A stretch of DNA of 64,000 nucleotides from Candidatus Binatia bacterium (GTDB lineage Bacteria; Desulfobacterota; Binatia; Bin18): NCBI GenBank assembly GCA_963666315.2, contig CAXXHG010000043.1:288001-352000 (forward strand), written 5' to 3'. Below, piece after piece: positions 26,361-35,097 of this stretch. The translations under genes were made by a program, and so were the position numbers. Positions within the stretch are counted from its first letter, which is position 1. Each line of letters begins with the position of its first letter. The notes below the pieces were generated by a model, which saw only the letters and a list, made by a program, of their open reading frames with translations, searched no databases and was not told where the DNA came from.

Positions 26361-27515
26361 CTAATTAATTTTCATGGGCATAATGATATAAGAAAATTGG
26401 TCGTTTTCTTTGGTCTGGAGCAGTCCTGGACTCATCTCATCTTTAAGGGAAAGTATGACCGTTTCTCCCTCAGTCATGACATGTAACGCCTCTATAATAT
26501 ATCTCCCATTGAACCCGATAGATAACCCGTCTCCATCGTATGAAGTAGGAATCTCCTCTGTTCCCTCCCCCAAGTCAGGAGTATTGACCGAAATATCTAC
26601 CTTGCCTTTCTCAAATTGTAATTTTACGCCGCGGGATCTTTCTGTAGTCAATATGAGAATGCGGCGAAGAGCACTGAGAAAGTCGTCACGTGAAAATTCG
26701 ATGCGGTGCTTATGCTCTTTTGGGACAATCTGCTGGTAATCGGGAAAGTCTCCTTCTATCAGACGCATAGAGAGTTCAGTTGTATTTTTCCTCAGGTTTA
26801 CGACTGACTCATTGATAGATATTTCTATTGTTTCCTCGCTCCGCTCAAGGAGTTTCCGTGTTTCAACCAAACCTTTTTTAGGAAGAATGACACTCGGCCA
26901 ATCGGGTAGAGAAGGAAGATCAACCTCCTTTTCTATAAGAGAGAGGCGGTGGCCGTCGCTGGCAACCATACGAATCTTTCCCTCTTTATGTGTTTCTAGA
27001 TGCACGCCGTTCAGGTTGAGACGGGTCTCATCTGGCGAGGTCGCAAAGAGAGTCTTCTCAATCATGTCCCGCAGCATTGGTCCGGGGAGGGAGATAAATT
27101 GATCAGCCAAGGCAGCGTTTTCTTCTTTGTGTTCCTTTCGTCCGGTTATAGTAGGAAACTCTTTTGGATCCAGGCTTGCGATTCGGAAGCGAGATTTTCC
27201 ACTATTGATCTCTATCCATCCGTTTCCGCTCGAACGTAAAAGGACCTGGCCTGACGGCAGTTCACGAATAATCTCATAGAGTTTTCTTGCATCTGCTGTA
27301 ATTGCTCCAGTAGTTTTCACCTTAGCCTTACACTGCTGACGAATCCCAATTTCAAGGTCGGTTGCTCCAAGGGAAATGATTCCCTTTTCCCCTTCCTGTG
27401 GGTCCGCTTCGATGAGAACGTGAGAAAGCATAGGAAGAGATGAACGTTTTTCAACCACACCTTGGACGAGGTATAAACACTGAAGGAGGTCTTCCTGATT
27501 GACGCTGAATTCCAT
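26361..27515 (-). CDS. dnaN: DNA polymerase III beta clamp
   Basis: ATDLEIGI, SDGHRL, RLIEGDFPDY, IIMPM. Confidence 0.98.
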   Translation of the reverse strand: MEFSVNQEDLLQCLYLVQGVVEKRSSLPMLSHVLIEADPQEGEKGIISLGATDLEIGIRQQCKAKVKTTGAITADARKLYEIIRELPSGQVLLRSSGNGWIEINSGKSRFRIASLDPKEFPTITGRKEHKEENAALADQFISLPGPMLRDMIEKTLFATSPDETRLNLNGVHLETHKEGKIRMVASDGHRLSLIEKEVDLPSLPDWPSVILPKKGLVETRKLLERSEETIEISINESVVNLRKNTTELSMRLIEGDFPDYQQIVPKEHKHRIEFSRDDFLSALRRILILTTERSRGVKLQFEKGKVDISVNTPDLGEGTEEIPTSYDGDGLSIGFNGRYIIEALHVMTEGETVILSLKDEMSPGLLQTKENDQFSYIIMPMKIN

Positions 27516-27549
27516 ATTCCTCCCTTCTTCACTTTCTTATGAGCTGAAT

Positions 27550-27835
27550 TTTTTACTTCTCGCTCTCTTATTATTTTTATGATTACTATTATTTCTTATA
27601 CTTCTATTATTCTTATTATTCATTAATATATAAAAGTAGTTAATAGTAGTAGGGCCTGTGGATATGTGAATAAGTGGGTTAAGTATTTGATTTATAAAGA
27701 CAAGTTATCCACAGGGGCTGTGGATAACTTGTCTTAGTCTCCTTTAACTGAAACAGGTTATCCATAGGTTATCCATAGGTTATCCATAGGTTATCCACAG
27801 GTTATCCACAGGTTATCCACAGGTTATCCACAGGG
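27550..27835. other. Replication origin oriC (dnaA-dnaN intergenic)
   Basis: AT-rich tract ~27565-27640; TAA-TAG-TAG-TAG trios 27641-27652; GGCC; boxes TGTGGATAT 27657, TGTGAATAA 27665, TTATCCACA 27705, TGTGGATAA 27719; seven tandem boxes 27758-27832. Confidence 0.93.
27755..27835 (+). repeat. Tandem 11-bp repeat (AGGTTATCCAY) x7, each unit carrying a DnaA box
   Basis: TTATCCATA at 27758, 27769, 27780; TTATCCACA at 27791, 27802, 27813, 27824; GG spacers. Confidence 0.98.
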
Positions 27836-27843
27836 AGAACGGC

Positions 27844-28496
27844 CTAGTGGGCAATCATGATTTCAATCCGGGTGAGGATATCGCGCAGCTCCCCGTCCTG
27901 TTTGAGCCGGGTCTCTATCGTATGACACGCATACAGCACCGTGGTGTGATCCGTCGACTCCGAGGAGAGATACACCACGCTGCCGCCGCCCTTTTTGACC
28001 AGCGTCTCGTGGCCAATGGCATTAATCAGATGCGTCTTCCGTAACCCCACCCCACCGTAAATGAACAGCGGATTGTAGTTCTTGCGGGGGTGTTTGCTCA
28101 CCGCCCGGGCGCCGTATGCGCAAATTGATTGCTGCCGCCCACCACAAACGAGGCAAACGTGTAGTGCGCCACCAGCCCGTTCTTCTGGGCCGCGGCTTTG
28201 TCTTCGGCCTGGGCCGCCTGCTGTTGCTCTTCGGCTGGAAACAGTTCGCCTTGGAGCTTTTCTCGCACATGGAGTACGAGGTGCGTCGGCTGCCCCCGCA
28301 CCGCGGCAAACGCCTCCTCTATGGGACCCACGAGATGGCTCAGCAGCCAATCGCGAAAGAGCGCACTGGGCACCTCCAGATGAAAGGTGTCCGCATCGAC
28401 GGACAGCGGCCGCAGTGGCTTCAGCCACGTCTCCGTCGACGTCTTGCCCACGCGCTCCTCCACCAGCCCCAACACCTGCTCCCACACCCGTTGCAT
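27844..28496 (-). pseudogene. dnaA: Chromosomal replication initiator DnaA, frameshifted and internally deleted
   Basis: Domain I ([17 protein letters not shown]), [15 protein letters not shown], frameshift ~28111, [25 protein letters not shown] fused directly to DHTTVLYA; 653 nt in total. Confidence 0.93.
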
Positions 28497-28522
28497 ACCG
28501 GCCCCTCCCGCCCCGGCGTCTC

Positions 28523-28602
28523 AGTTATCCACACTTGTGGATAACTCTCCAACTCCTTCTCTCCCCTATGAAAATCCCCTGCCCCCTCCGGAGTTGTCCA
28601 CA
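28523..28602. promoter_or_regulatory. DnaA boxes upstream of dnaA (autoregulatory, or second half of a bipartite origin)
   Basis: Inverted pair TTATCCACA (28525) and TGTGGATAA (28536); TTGTCCACA at 28594. Confidence 0.85.
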
Positions 28603-29118
28603 CATACCTCTCTCCGTACCTGTCTCTCTGCCCCAGGGGTACCCCGGTGTACCGACCACGAGATCGGGGGCAAGAGAAGCAGACCCATTGCTACTCAAAA
28701 ACTTGGTCTCTGATTTCGTCAGCCCTGACGGGCTAACGGTCTTGTGTCTTGAATGCGTCTTAAACGCTTTGGACACACAATGCAAGAAAAAATGCCCAAG
28801 CCGGGCGAAGTATGGTATTTTACTCACCAATCTCGCTCGTCTAACCCCGAGTGATACCCGCCGGTTGCCCCGCCGTGGCCGCCCCGGCCCTTAGCCTCTC
28901 GTTTTTCCAGGCCTTTCTTCTGCCCGCCGCGGGATAAAAACCCTCGTACGTCTCACTTTTAGTCCTATACTTGGCAGATTCACTATATCATCCTGGATAA
29001 GTGCCCCAATTCTCAGCGGGAGCGCCTCTTTTTGTAAGACCTGGTTTTTCCCCTTGACTCTCCTCTGGGCGGATGGTAGCAGAGGAAAATCTCAAAATTT
29101 GGGTAGTGGGTAGGATGG

Positions 29119-30402
29119 ATGTCTATATCGCAAAAGCTTTTCAAAGAAGCACAAAAATATATTCCCGGTGGAGTAAATAGTCCCGTCCGTGCATGGCGTG
29201 CCGTTGGTGGCGATCCGCTTTTTATCCAAAGAGGGAAAGGCTGCCGCATTACTGACGCGGATGGGCGGGAATATATTGACTACGTTGGATCGTGGGGGCC
29301 CTTGATCGCGGGGCACGCGCATCCACAGGTGGTCGGTGCACTTGAGCGTGTGGTGAAGCAAGGAACAAGTTTCGGTGCACCAACCGTAAAAGAAATTGAG
29401 CTGGCAAAAATACTCATTCAGACAATTCCCTCCCTTGAGAAAGTCCGCCTGACATCTTCCGGCACTGAGGCGACTATGACCGCACTGCGTCTTGCACGCG
29501 GCTATACCGGACGCGCAAAGATTATCAAGTTTTCCGGCGGTTATCACGGCCACAACGATGCGCTGCTGGTGAGAGCCGGTTCAGGAGCGCTCACGTTTAG
29601 CACCCCGGATAGCGAGGGCGTCCCTGAGGCGTTTTCCAGCCAAACATTAGTAGCGGAATACAACGACCTGGCGAGTGTGACAGCCTATCTTGAGGCCGAT
29701 CCCGGAGGGGTGGCCGCTGTTATTGTTGAGCCTGTTCCTGGCAATATGGGGCTTATTTTGCCAGAGCAAGGATTCCTCGAAGGATTGCGTAGGCTCACGC
29801 AAGAGTATGGAGTAGTCCTCATCTTTGATGAAGTGATGACGGGCTGCCGTTTGGCCCGTGGTGGGGTGCAGGAGATCTACAACATAGACCCGGACGTAAC
29901 GTGCTTAGGAAAGGTGATCGGCGGCGGTCTTCCTCTCGCTGCTGTTGGGGGCAAAGCGGCTATAATGGATGTGCTTGCCCCTTCGGGGGCTGTCTACCAA
30001 GCGGGCACGCTGTCAGGAAATCCATTGGCTGTGACTGCAGGTATTGAAACGCTCAAGCTCGTGCAGGGTCCTGGAGCCTATGAGCGCCTGAATGCACTTG
30101 GGGATATGCTTGCCGAAGGATTAAGAAAGGCTATTCGAGAGACTGAGACGAAGGCGTGCGTAAACCAAATGGGATCCATGTTCACCATTTTTTTTGGGGT
30201 GGAGCACGTCCGTGATTATGAGACGGCGACCCAGAGTGACACAGAGATGTTTGCTCGGTATTTTCACGGAATGATAGCACACGGCATCTATCTTCCCCCG
30301 TCTCAATTCGAAGCCGCGTTTCTCTCCGTAGCCCATGGCGAAGCTGAAATCCAAGAGACGATCCAAGCGGCCGGTACCGTCCTCAAGAGTCTGCGCGCAT
30401 GA
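29119..30402 (+). CDS. hemL: Glutamate-1-semialdehyde 2,1-aminomutase
   Basis: PGGVNSPVRA, SGTEATM, FDEVMTG, GKVIGGGLP, QAGTLSGNP. Confidence 0.98.
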   Translation: MSISQKLFKEAQKYIPGGVNSPVRAWRAVGGDPLFIQRGKGCRITDADGREYIDYVGSWGPLIAGHAHPQVVGALERVVKQGTSFGAPTVKEIELAKILIQTIPSLEKVRLTSSGTEATMTALRLARGYTGRAKIIKFSGGYHGHNDALLVRAGSGALTFSTPDSEGVPEAFSSQTLVAEYNDLASVTAYLEADPGGVAAVIVEPVPGNMGLILPEQGFLEGLRRLTQEYGVVLIFDEVMTGCRLARGGVQEIYNIDPDVTCLGKVIGGGLPLAAVGGKAAIMDVLAPSGAVYQAGTLSGNPLAVTAGIETLKLVQGPGAYERLNALGDMLAEGLRKAIRETETKACVNQMGSMFTIFFGVEHVRDYETATQSDTEMFARYFHGMIAHGIYLPPSQFEAAFLSVAHGEAEIQETIQAAGTVLKSLRA

Positions 30403-30408
30403 GATAAC

Positions 30409-30642
30409 ATGTCAAAGGAAAACCCCCTTACCACCTATGGCCGATACGGTGCGCTAGGGTTTGAGTTTGCCGGAGCGATAGTGGCCGGGCTCCTGATAGG
30501 GAACTATGCTGACACCAGGTTTGGGACCGCGCCGCTCCTGATGGTCCTTGGCGTCGTCGTTGGTATGGCTGGCGCAATATACCGACTGATAATTGTGCTC
30601 CAGCGGCTATCTGCTCGTGAAAAAGACAATCGAGAAGATTGA
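30409..30642 (+). CDS. atpZ: AtpZ/AtpI family protein
   Basis: Two TM helices with G...D.RFGT.P pattern, upstream of atpB. Confidence 0.85.
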   Translation: MSKENPLTTYGRYGALGFEFAGAIVAGLLIGNYADTRFGTAPLLMVLGVVVGMAGAIYRLIIVLQRLSAREKDNRED

Positions 30643-31009
30643 AAGACTCAATCTCGTGCTGATTGGGGCCGGAGCGTTTGTTGGGGGGGTGACAGGACTC
30701 CTCCACGTCCCCAGCTTTCTACTTGGTGGAGGGGTCATGCACGTTAATTTCTGGCTGCTCAAAAAAATTGTTCGCTCTGTTTTCTCTCAATCCCAGGTTC
30801 GGCCGGGTACAAAAATGCGGGCCGCTTTGTGGTTTTCCGCCAAGGGTCTGTTTTTTATTCTTCTTCTGAGCGCTGTATTTTTTCGCTATCCGATTCAGGC
30901 CAAGAGCTTTGCAGCTGGGGTCCCTTTACTGCTTATCGCGTGCGTGATAATCACCCTGTTCGAGTCAAAGAGCGAGGAGGAATCCCCTCCTTCAGCAGGA
31001 GCTGAGTGA
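30617..31009 (+). CDS. atpI: ATP synthase subunit I-like membrane protein
   Basis: Four hydrophobic segments, GG...NF.LL; lies between atpZ and atpB. Confidence 0.78.
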   Translation: MKKTIEKIERLNLVLIGAGAFVGGVTGLLHVPSFLLGGGVMHVNFWLLKKIVRSVFSQSQVRPGTKMRAALWFSAKGLFFILLLSAVFFRYPIQAKSFAAGVPLLLIACVIITLFESKSEEESPPSAGAE

Positions 31010-31067
31010 GTCCTTGTTCAGCGTCCTCTCATCAAGAAAGAGCGAGTGAGAGAACTAGATCGATAAT

Positions 31068-31769
31068 ATGGAACACCATCCCTTTACCTGGGTCTCTGTT
31101 ATTCCTGGGCTCAATCTCCTCCCAGGCCACATCGCAACCTCTCTTCTTGTTTGCGCAGCTCTTATCATCTTTGCCTATCTGGCGAACCGCCAACTCGCGA
31201 ATGCTGAAGACTTAGCTGTTCCTGACGACTCCCTTACGCTCCGGAACTTCGCAGAGCTTCTGGTTCAAGGTGTATCTGATATGGCTGAGGGAGTGCTGGG
31301 CGATCAGGCGCATAAGTATATTCATCTCTATGGCAGCTTCTTTCTTTTTATTCTGGCCGCAAACCTCTCTGGACTTTTACCTGGATTTTCCCCTCCAACG
31401 AGCAATTTCAATGTGACCCTCGCTTTAGGCGTCCTCTCCTTCTTTGCCTACAACTTTTATGCTTTTCAGGAACAGGGTCTTGCCTATTTGAAGCACTTTG
31501 TTGGACCGATTTGGTGGCTGGGTATCCTGATGATCCCGCTGGAACTCATAGACAATTTCGTCCGCCCTTTCTCTCTTTCCCTGCGACTCTTTGGGAATAT
31601 GACAGGCGACCATGTTGTCTTAGAGATCTTTACGGATCTGACGAAAATTGGTATTCCGGTCGTTTTTTACGCGCTTGGGGCGTTTGTTTCTTTAATACAA
31701 GCTTTTGTTTTTACCCTGCTCAGTATGGTGTACGTCTCTCTGGCGATCCCGCATAATGGTCACCACTAA
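31068..31769 (+). CDS. atpB: ATP synthase F0 subunit a
   Basis: RPFSLSLRLFGNM, IQAFVFTLLS. Confidence 0.98.
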   Translation: MEHHPFTWVSVIPGLNLLPGHIATSLLVCAALIIFAYLANRQLANAEDLAVPDDSLTLRNFAELLVQGVSDMAEGVLGDQAHKYIHLYGSFFLFILAANLSGLLPGFSPPTSNFNVTLALGVLSFFAYNFYAFQEQGLAYLKHFVGPIWWLGILMIPLELIDNFVRPFSLSLRLFGNMTGDHVVLEIFTDLTKIGIPVVFYALGAFVSLIQAFVFTLLSMVYVSLAIPHNGHH

Positions 31770-31898
31770 GACGCTGACAAGATGCAGACAAGATAAACAG
31801 TGCGATAAAACCCGTTGTCCTGGTGCGAAAGAGGTACGGTGTGGCGAGGAGGACAAGAGGAGGCAGACCTCAGACTTCGCCGTTAGGACACGAAAGGA

Positions 31899-32225
31899 AT
31901 GGTAGGTATGAAGAAAGTATGTGTAACCGGAGTGCTGGCAGTGTTTATGCTGCTGCTGACCACTGGTGCAGCTCTCGCAGCTGACGGAGGTGGCGATTCA
32001 TCACGGGGTATGATTGCCCTTGCTGCTGGTCTTTGTATTGGTATTGCGGCAGTTGGTGCGGGATTGGGCCAGGGGCGTGCGGTGGCCGCCGCCATGGAAT
32101 CCATTGGTCGCAATCCAAACTCGGCTGACCGGATCCAGACCCCGATGATCATCGGTATCGCCTTTATTGAGGCGCTGGCCATTTATGCTTTAGTTATTGC
32201 CTTTACGCTATCTGGAAGCGTATAA
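31899..32225 (+). CDS. atpE: ATP synthase F0 subunit c with N-terminal signal-like extension
   Basis: GAGLGQG, RNP loop, FIEALAIY. Confidence 0.97.
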   Translation: MVGMKKVCVTGVLAVFMLLLTTGAALAADGGGDSSRGMIALAAGLCIGIAAVGAGLGQGRAVAAAMESIGRNPNSADRIQTPMIIGIAFIEALAIYALVIAFTLSGSV

Positions 32226-32250
32226 TTCCCTAACCGATAGGAGAGACGAG

Positions 32251-32277
32251 GGGCGCAGCATGCTGCGCCCTTTTTTT
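32251..32277 (+). terminator. Rho-independent terminator after atpE
   Basis: GGGCGCAGCA/TGCTGCGCCC hairpin followed by T7. Confidence 0.88.
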
Positions 32278-33676
32278 ACAATAAATGCTGCCCCAGCCGA
32301 ATGACCGAAAAGACAGCAAAGACAATATAGAAGCAGCTAATCGCAACTAACAGGGCCGTTTTTGCCGGACCTGGCCGCAATGCTGGAGGAAGCAGTTTCC
32401 GATTGATTACGAGTATCAGTGGTGTGTAGATTGCCATCGCAATCCCGCCAAAGAAGGCTGATCCCATCAGAAAGAGAAGGGGCGGAAGGCTTTCATACAG
32501 ATAGGTCAAGAAAGTCCCAACTACAATCCAGCCGACCGCGATCACGCCATACCACCAGCTCAATGGCTTCTTCTGGGCCCAGGCGTAGTTGGTATGCAAA
32601 ATATCCGCACCCGAACGGGCTACTCCATCGATCAAGGTGAGTTGGGTGCTGAACAAACACCCAATACCAACCAGCAGGAAGAGAATTTTTCCGAGCACGC
32701 CTCCCAGACTGCCTAGAATCTCTGCCTCTTCCCACACCAGCATCTCCTGGCTAGGCACAATGCCTTGCGGGTGCAGAACCGCCAGTGCGCCAAAGATAAA
32801 CAACACAATGGTGAAGGTATTCAGCAACCAGAAAAACAAAATTTGGTCTACATACAAATGTCTAAACCATTCGCGCCAGCGGACCAGGTTGGGCTCGGTT
32901 GTGTCAATCTGGAATGCCTGCTCTGACACCACTTCCTCTTTGTCGCGGAGCGGGTTCACGACCTTGGGCATAAGCGCGCCCATCCCCCAGCCCTTGTCGC
33001 GGATATAGAATGAGAAAAAGAGGTTGGCGGTGCCGCCAGCACCGGCAAAGACGATAGAGGAGAACAGAATATAGGTCGGCATATCGGGATGCTTAAACGG
33101 GAAGTTCAGCATCCCGCGCCCCAGCTCCGCCCAGGTTTCCCTATTTCCAACAACAAACGCAACCAGCACGAGGCCTACTGTGACCAAGACAACGAGGACT
33201 TCTGTCGTTTTCTCAACGGAGGCATATATGCGTTTTGGTCCGAACAGTACAAAGGCAACCCCAAGAAACGTAATAGCCGTCCATATCCACGGATCACCCC
33301 AACCGTTTGGCCCGACTAATAAGGCTTTGAGTGCCCCGCCGCAGGCACGCGCCCAGCCGGGCAGAATCCAGCCCACTATATTGAGAACAATGAAGATCCA
33401 AGCAAAGTGACGTGAGACTCTGCTAAAGCCGGCGTAAATACTCTCACCTGTAGCGAGGGTATAACGCCCAATCTCGCAGTTGATCCAAAATTGCAGAAAG
33501 ATCCCCAACAGGGCGGCCCAGGTCATGCCGGCCCCGAATTGAGCGGTATTCCGAGGCCAGACGATCAGCTCGCCCGCACCAATAGACAGTCCTACGAGAA
33601 CTGCCCCAGGCCCAGCAAGTTTCCAAAATCCTCTCGCTTTTGGTGGCAGGTCTGCGGTTTGAAAGGCTAGTGGCAT
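32276..33676 (-). CDS. Nramp-like (YcsG-type) membrane transporter
   Basis: GPGAVLVGLSIGAGE, EIGRYTLATGES, many TM helices. Confidence 0.82.
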   Translation of the reverse strand: MPLAFQTADLPPKARGFWKLAGPGAVLVGLSIGAGELIVWPRNTAQFGAGMTWAALLGIFLQFWINCEIGRYTLATGESIYAGFSRVSRHFAWIFIVLNIVGWILPGWARACGGALKALLVGPNGWGDPWIWTAITFLGVAFVLFGPKRIYASVEKTTEVLVVLVTVGLVLVAFVVGNRETWAELGRGMLNFPFKHPDMPTYILFSSIVFAGAGGTANLFFSFYIRDKGWGMGALMPKVVNPLRDKEEVVSEQAFQIDTTEPNLVRWREWFRHLYVDQILFFWLLNTFTIVLFIFGALAVLHPQGIVPSQEMLVWEEAEILGSLGGVLGKILFLLVGIGCLFSTQLTLIDGVARSGADILHTNYAWAQKKPLSWWYGVIAVGWIVVGTFLTYLYESLPPLLFLMGSAFFGGIAMAIYTPLILVINRKLLPPALRPGPAKTALLVAISCFYIVFAVFSVIRLGQHLL

Positions 33677-33795
33677 ATGAGGCGGGCTACTGTCTTAAGT
33701 CCGGTACTGTCCAGCCGGAGCCAACATCACAAACTTGACGGTGAGAGGGCTAGAGTGCGGGGAGTCGAAAAGAAAGGCGTCCCTTACAGGATGCA

Positions 33796-34875
33796 TTAGA
33801 CATACCCCTGCTGGTGTAGATATTCTGCCGTAAGCACCGCGCCCTTGGCTGCCCCCATCTTTGTATTGTGACTCACCAGGACGTATTTGACCGCATTGTC
33901 GAGCGTGTGGTCTGGACGCAGACGACCGACTGACGTGGCCATGCCGTCTTCCGCATCACGGTCAAGACGAGGCTGGGGGCGAAATGGGTCATCGTGTACG
34001 ATGATCATGTGCTGCGGAGAAGACGGGAGCTCCAGCTGGATAAACTCTTTGCCAAATCCGATCATGGCTGCTCGTACGTCATCGACAGAGCAGGGTTGCT
34101 GCATAGAAGCCAGCATCGCTTCGGTATGACCTTCAAGAACAGGCACCCGGGTACACGTCGCGCTGACGAGAAAGTCTGCCGGTGTAATAGCCCCGCTGTC
34201 GAACGTCCCCAAAATCTTGTGATTTTCCTTTTCGACTTTTTCTTCTTCACCGGGAATAAACGGAATGACGTTGTCTATGGTGTCCATCCCCATAACACCA
34301 GGTGAACGACCCGCGCCAGACAGACCTTGCATAGATGTCATAATGACTTTCTGAAGACCAAATTGGTCAAATAATGGTTTCAGCGTAATTGCCAGTCCAA
34401 TGGTGGTACAGTTAGGCTGAGTGACAATATAACCTCGCCAGCCGCGCTTTTTCTTTTGGGTATCAATCAACTGAATGTGGTCGAGATTAACGCCTGGAAT
34501 CAGTAGCGGAACATCTGCCTCATAACGAAAGGCTGAGGCCGTGCTGACCACTGGTGTTGTCTTAGCGTACAGCGGCTCAAGGTCTCGGGCTGGCCCCGAT
34601 TCAACGGCCGTGAAGACAAGGTCTATCCCGTCAAGGTTGAGCGACGAGGCTTCATGCACAGGCAGCATCAATGTTCGTGGAGGTGGTTCTTCCTGACACC
34701 ACCAGCGTCGTTCTCCTGTTTTTGGGTCACGAATGGCTTCTGCATAGCTTTTGCCTGCCGAGCGTTCTGAGGCAGCGAGCAGGACAACTTCAAACCAGGG
34801 ATGGTTTTGAAGAGCAACCAGGAATTGCTGGCCGGCAATCCCGGTTGCCCCAACAATGGCAACACGCTTTTCCAT
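33796..34875 (-). CDS. asd: Aspartate-semialdehyde dehydrogenase (archaeal/eukaryote-like type)
   Basis: GATGIAGQ, PNCTT, QGLSGAG, RVPVLEGH, RPQPRLDR, HNTKMGAA. Confidence 0.95.
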   Translation of the reverse strand: MEKRVAIVGATGIAGQQFLVALQNHPWFEVVLLAASERSAGKSYAEAIRDPKTGERRWWCQEEPPPRTLMLPVHEASSLNLDGIDLVFTAVESGPARDLEPLYAKTTPVVSTASAFRYEADVPLLIPGVNLDHIQLIDTQKKKRGWRGYIVTQPNCTTIGLAITLKPLFDQFGLQKVIMTSMQGLSGAGRSPGVMGMDTIDNVIPFIPGEEEKVEKENHKILGTFDSGAITPADFLVSATCTRVPVLEGHTEAMLASMQQPCSVDDVRAAMIGFGKEFIQLELPSSPQHMIIVHDDPFRPQPRLDRDAEDGMATSVGRLRPDHTLDNAVKYVLVSHNTKMGAAKGAVLTAEYLHQQGYV

Positions 34876-34991
34876 AGCAGGTAAATCAACGCGAGGTGGG
34901 TCTACTTGTCAACACCCTACACCGAGCAGTTGACTTCCACAGCACAAGCACGCAGACTTCTAGAACTCCTTTGCGCGCAGGAGCAATACCC

Positions 34992-35075
34992 ACGGCACTT
35001 GAGTATTTTGAAGAATATGGAATCGGCGTGGAGTTTGCGACCAAAGCCCGTACAATTACCGAAGCCGATATCGTC
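34992..35075 (+). pseudogene. 5' remnant of a MaoC-family dehydratase gene
   Basis: AGGAG, then ACG (probable ex-ATG), then ALEYFEEYGIGVEFATKARTITEADIV; truncated just before glcD. Confidence 0.65.
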
Positions 35076-35097
35076 GAGAAAAACAATAGGTATTCCT

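Noticed and set aside
26682-26697. parS site (TCACGTGAAA core inside dnaN)
   Set aside because: Only a partial match to TGTTTCACGTGAAACA; I saw no full parS in the window by eye.
27755-27835. Tandem repeat as a CRISPR array or plasmid iterons
   Set aside because: Units are 11 bp with no spacers, each is a DnaA box, and there are no cas or rep genes.
31899-32225. Na+-coupled ATP synthase
   Set aside because: The c subunit has Q and E but reads EAL rather than ES/T, consistent with H+ coupling.
34906-35097. N-terminal extension of GlcD in the ORF track (likewise 1665-1898 for atpH and 9480-9626 for the ParA-like gene)
   Set aside because: Family similarity and RBS position support later starts.
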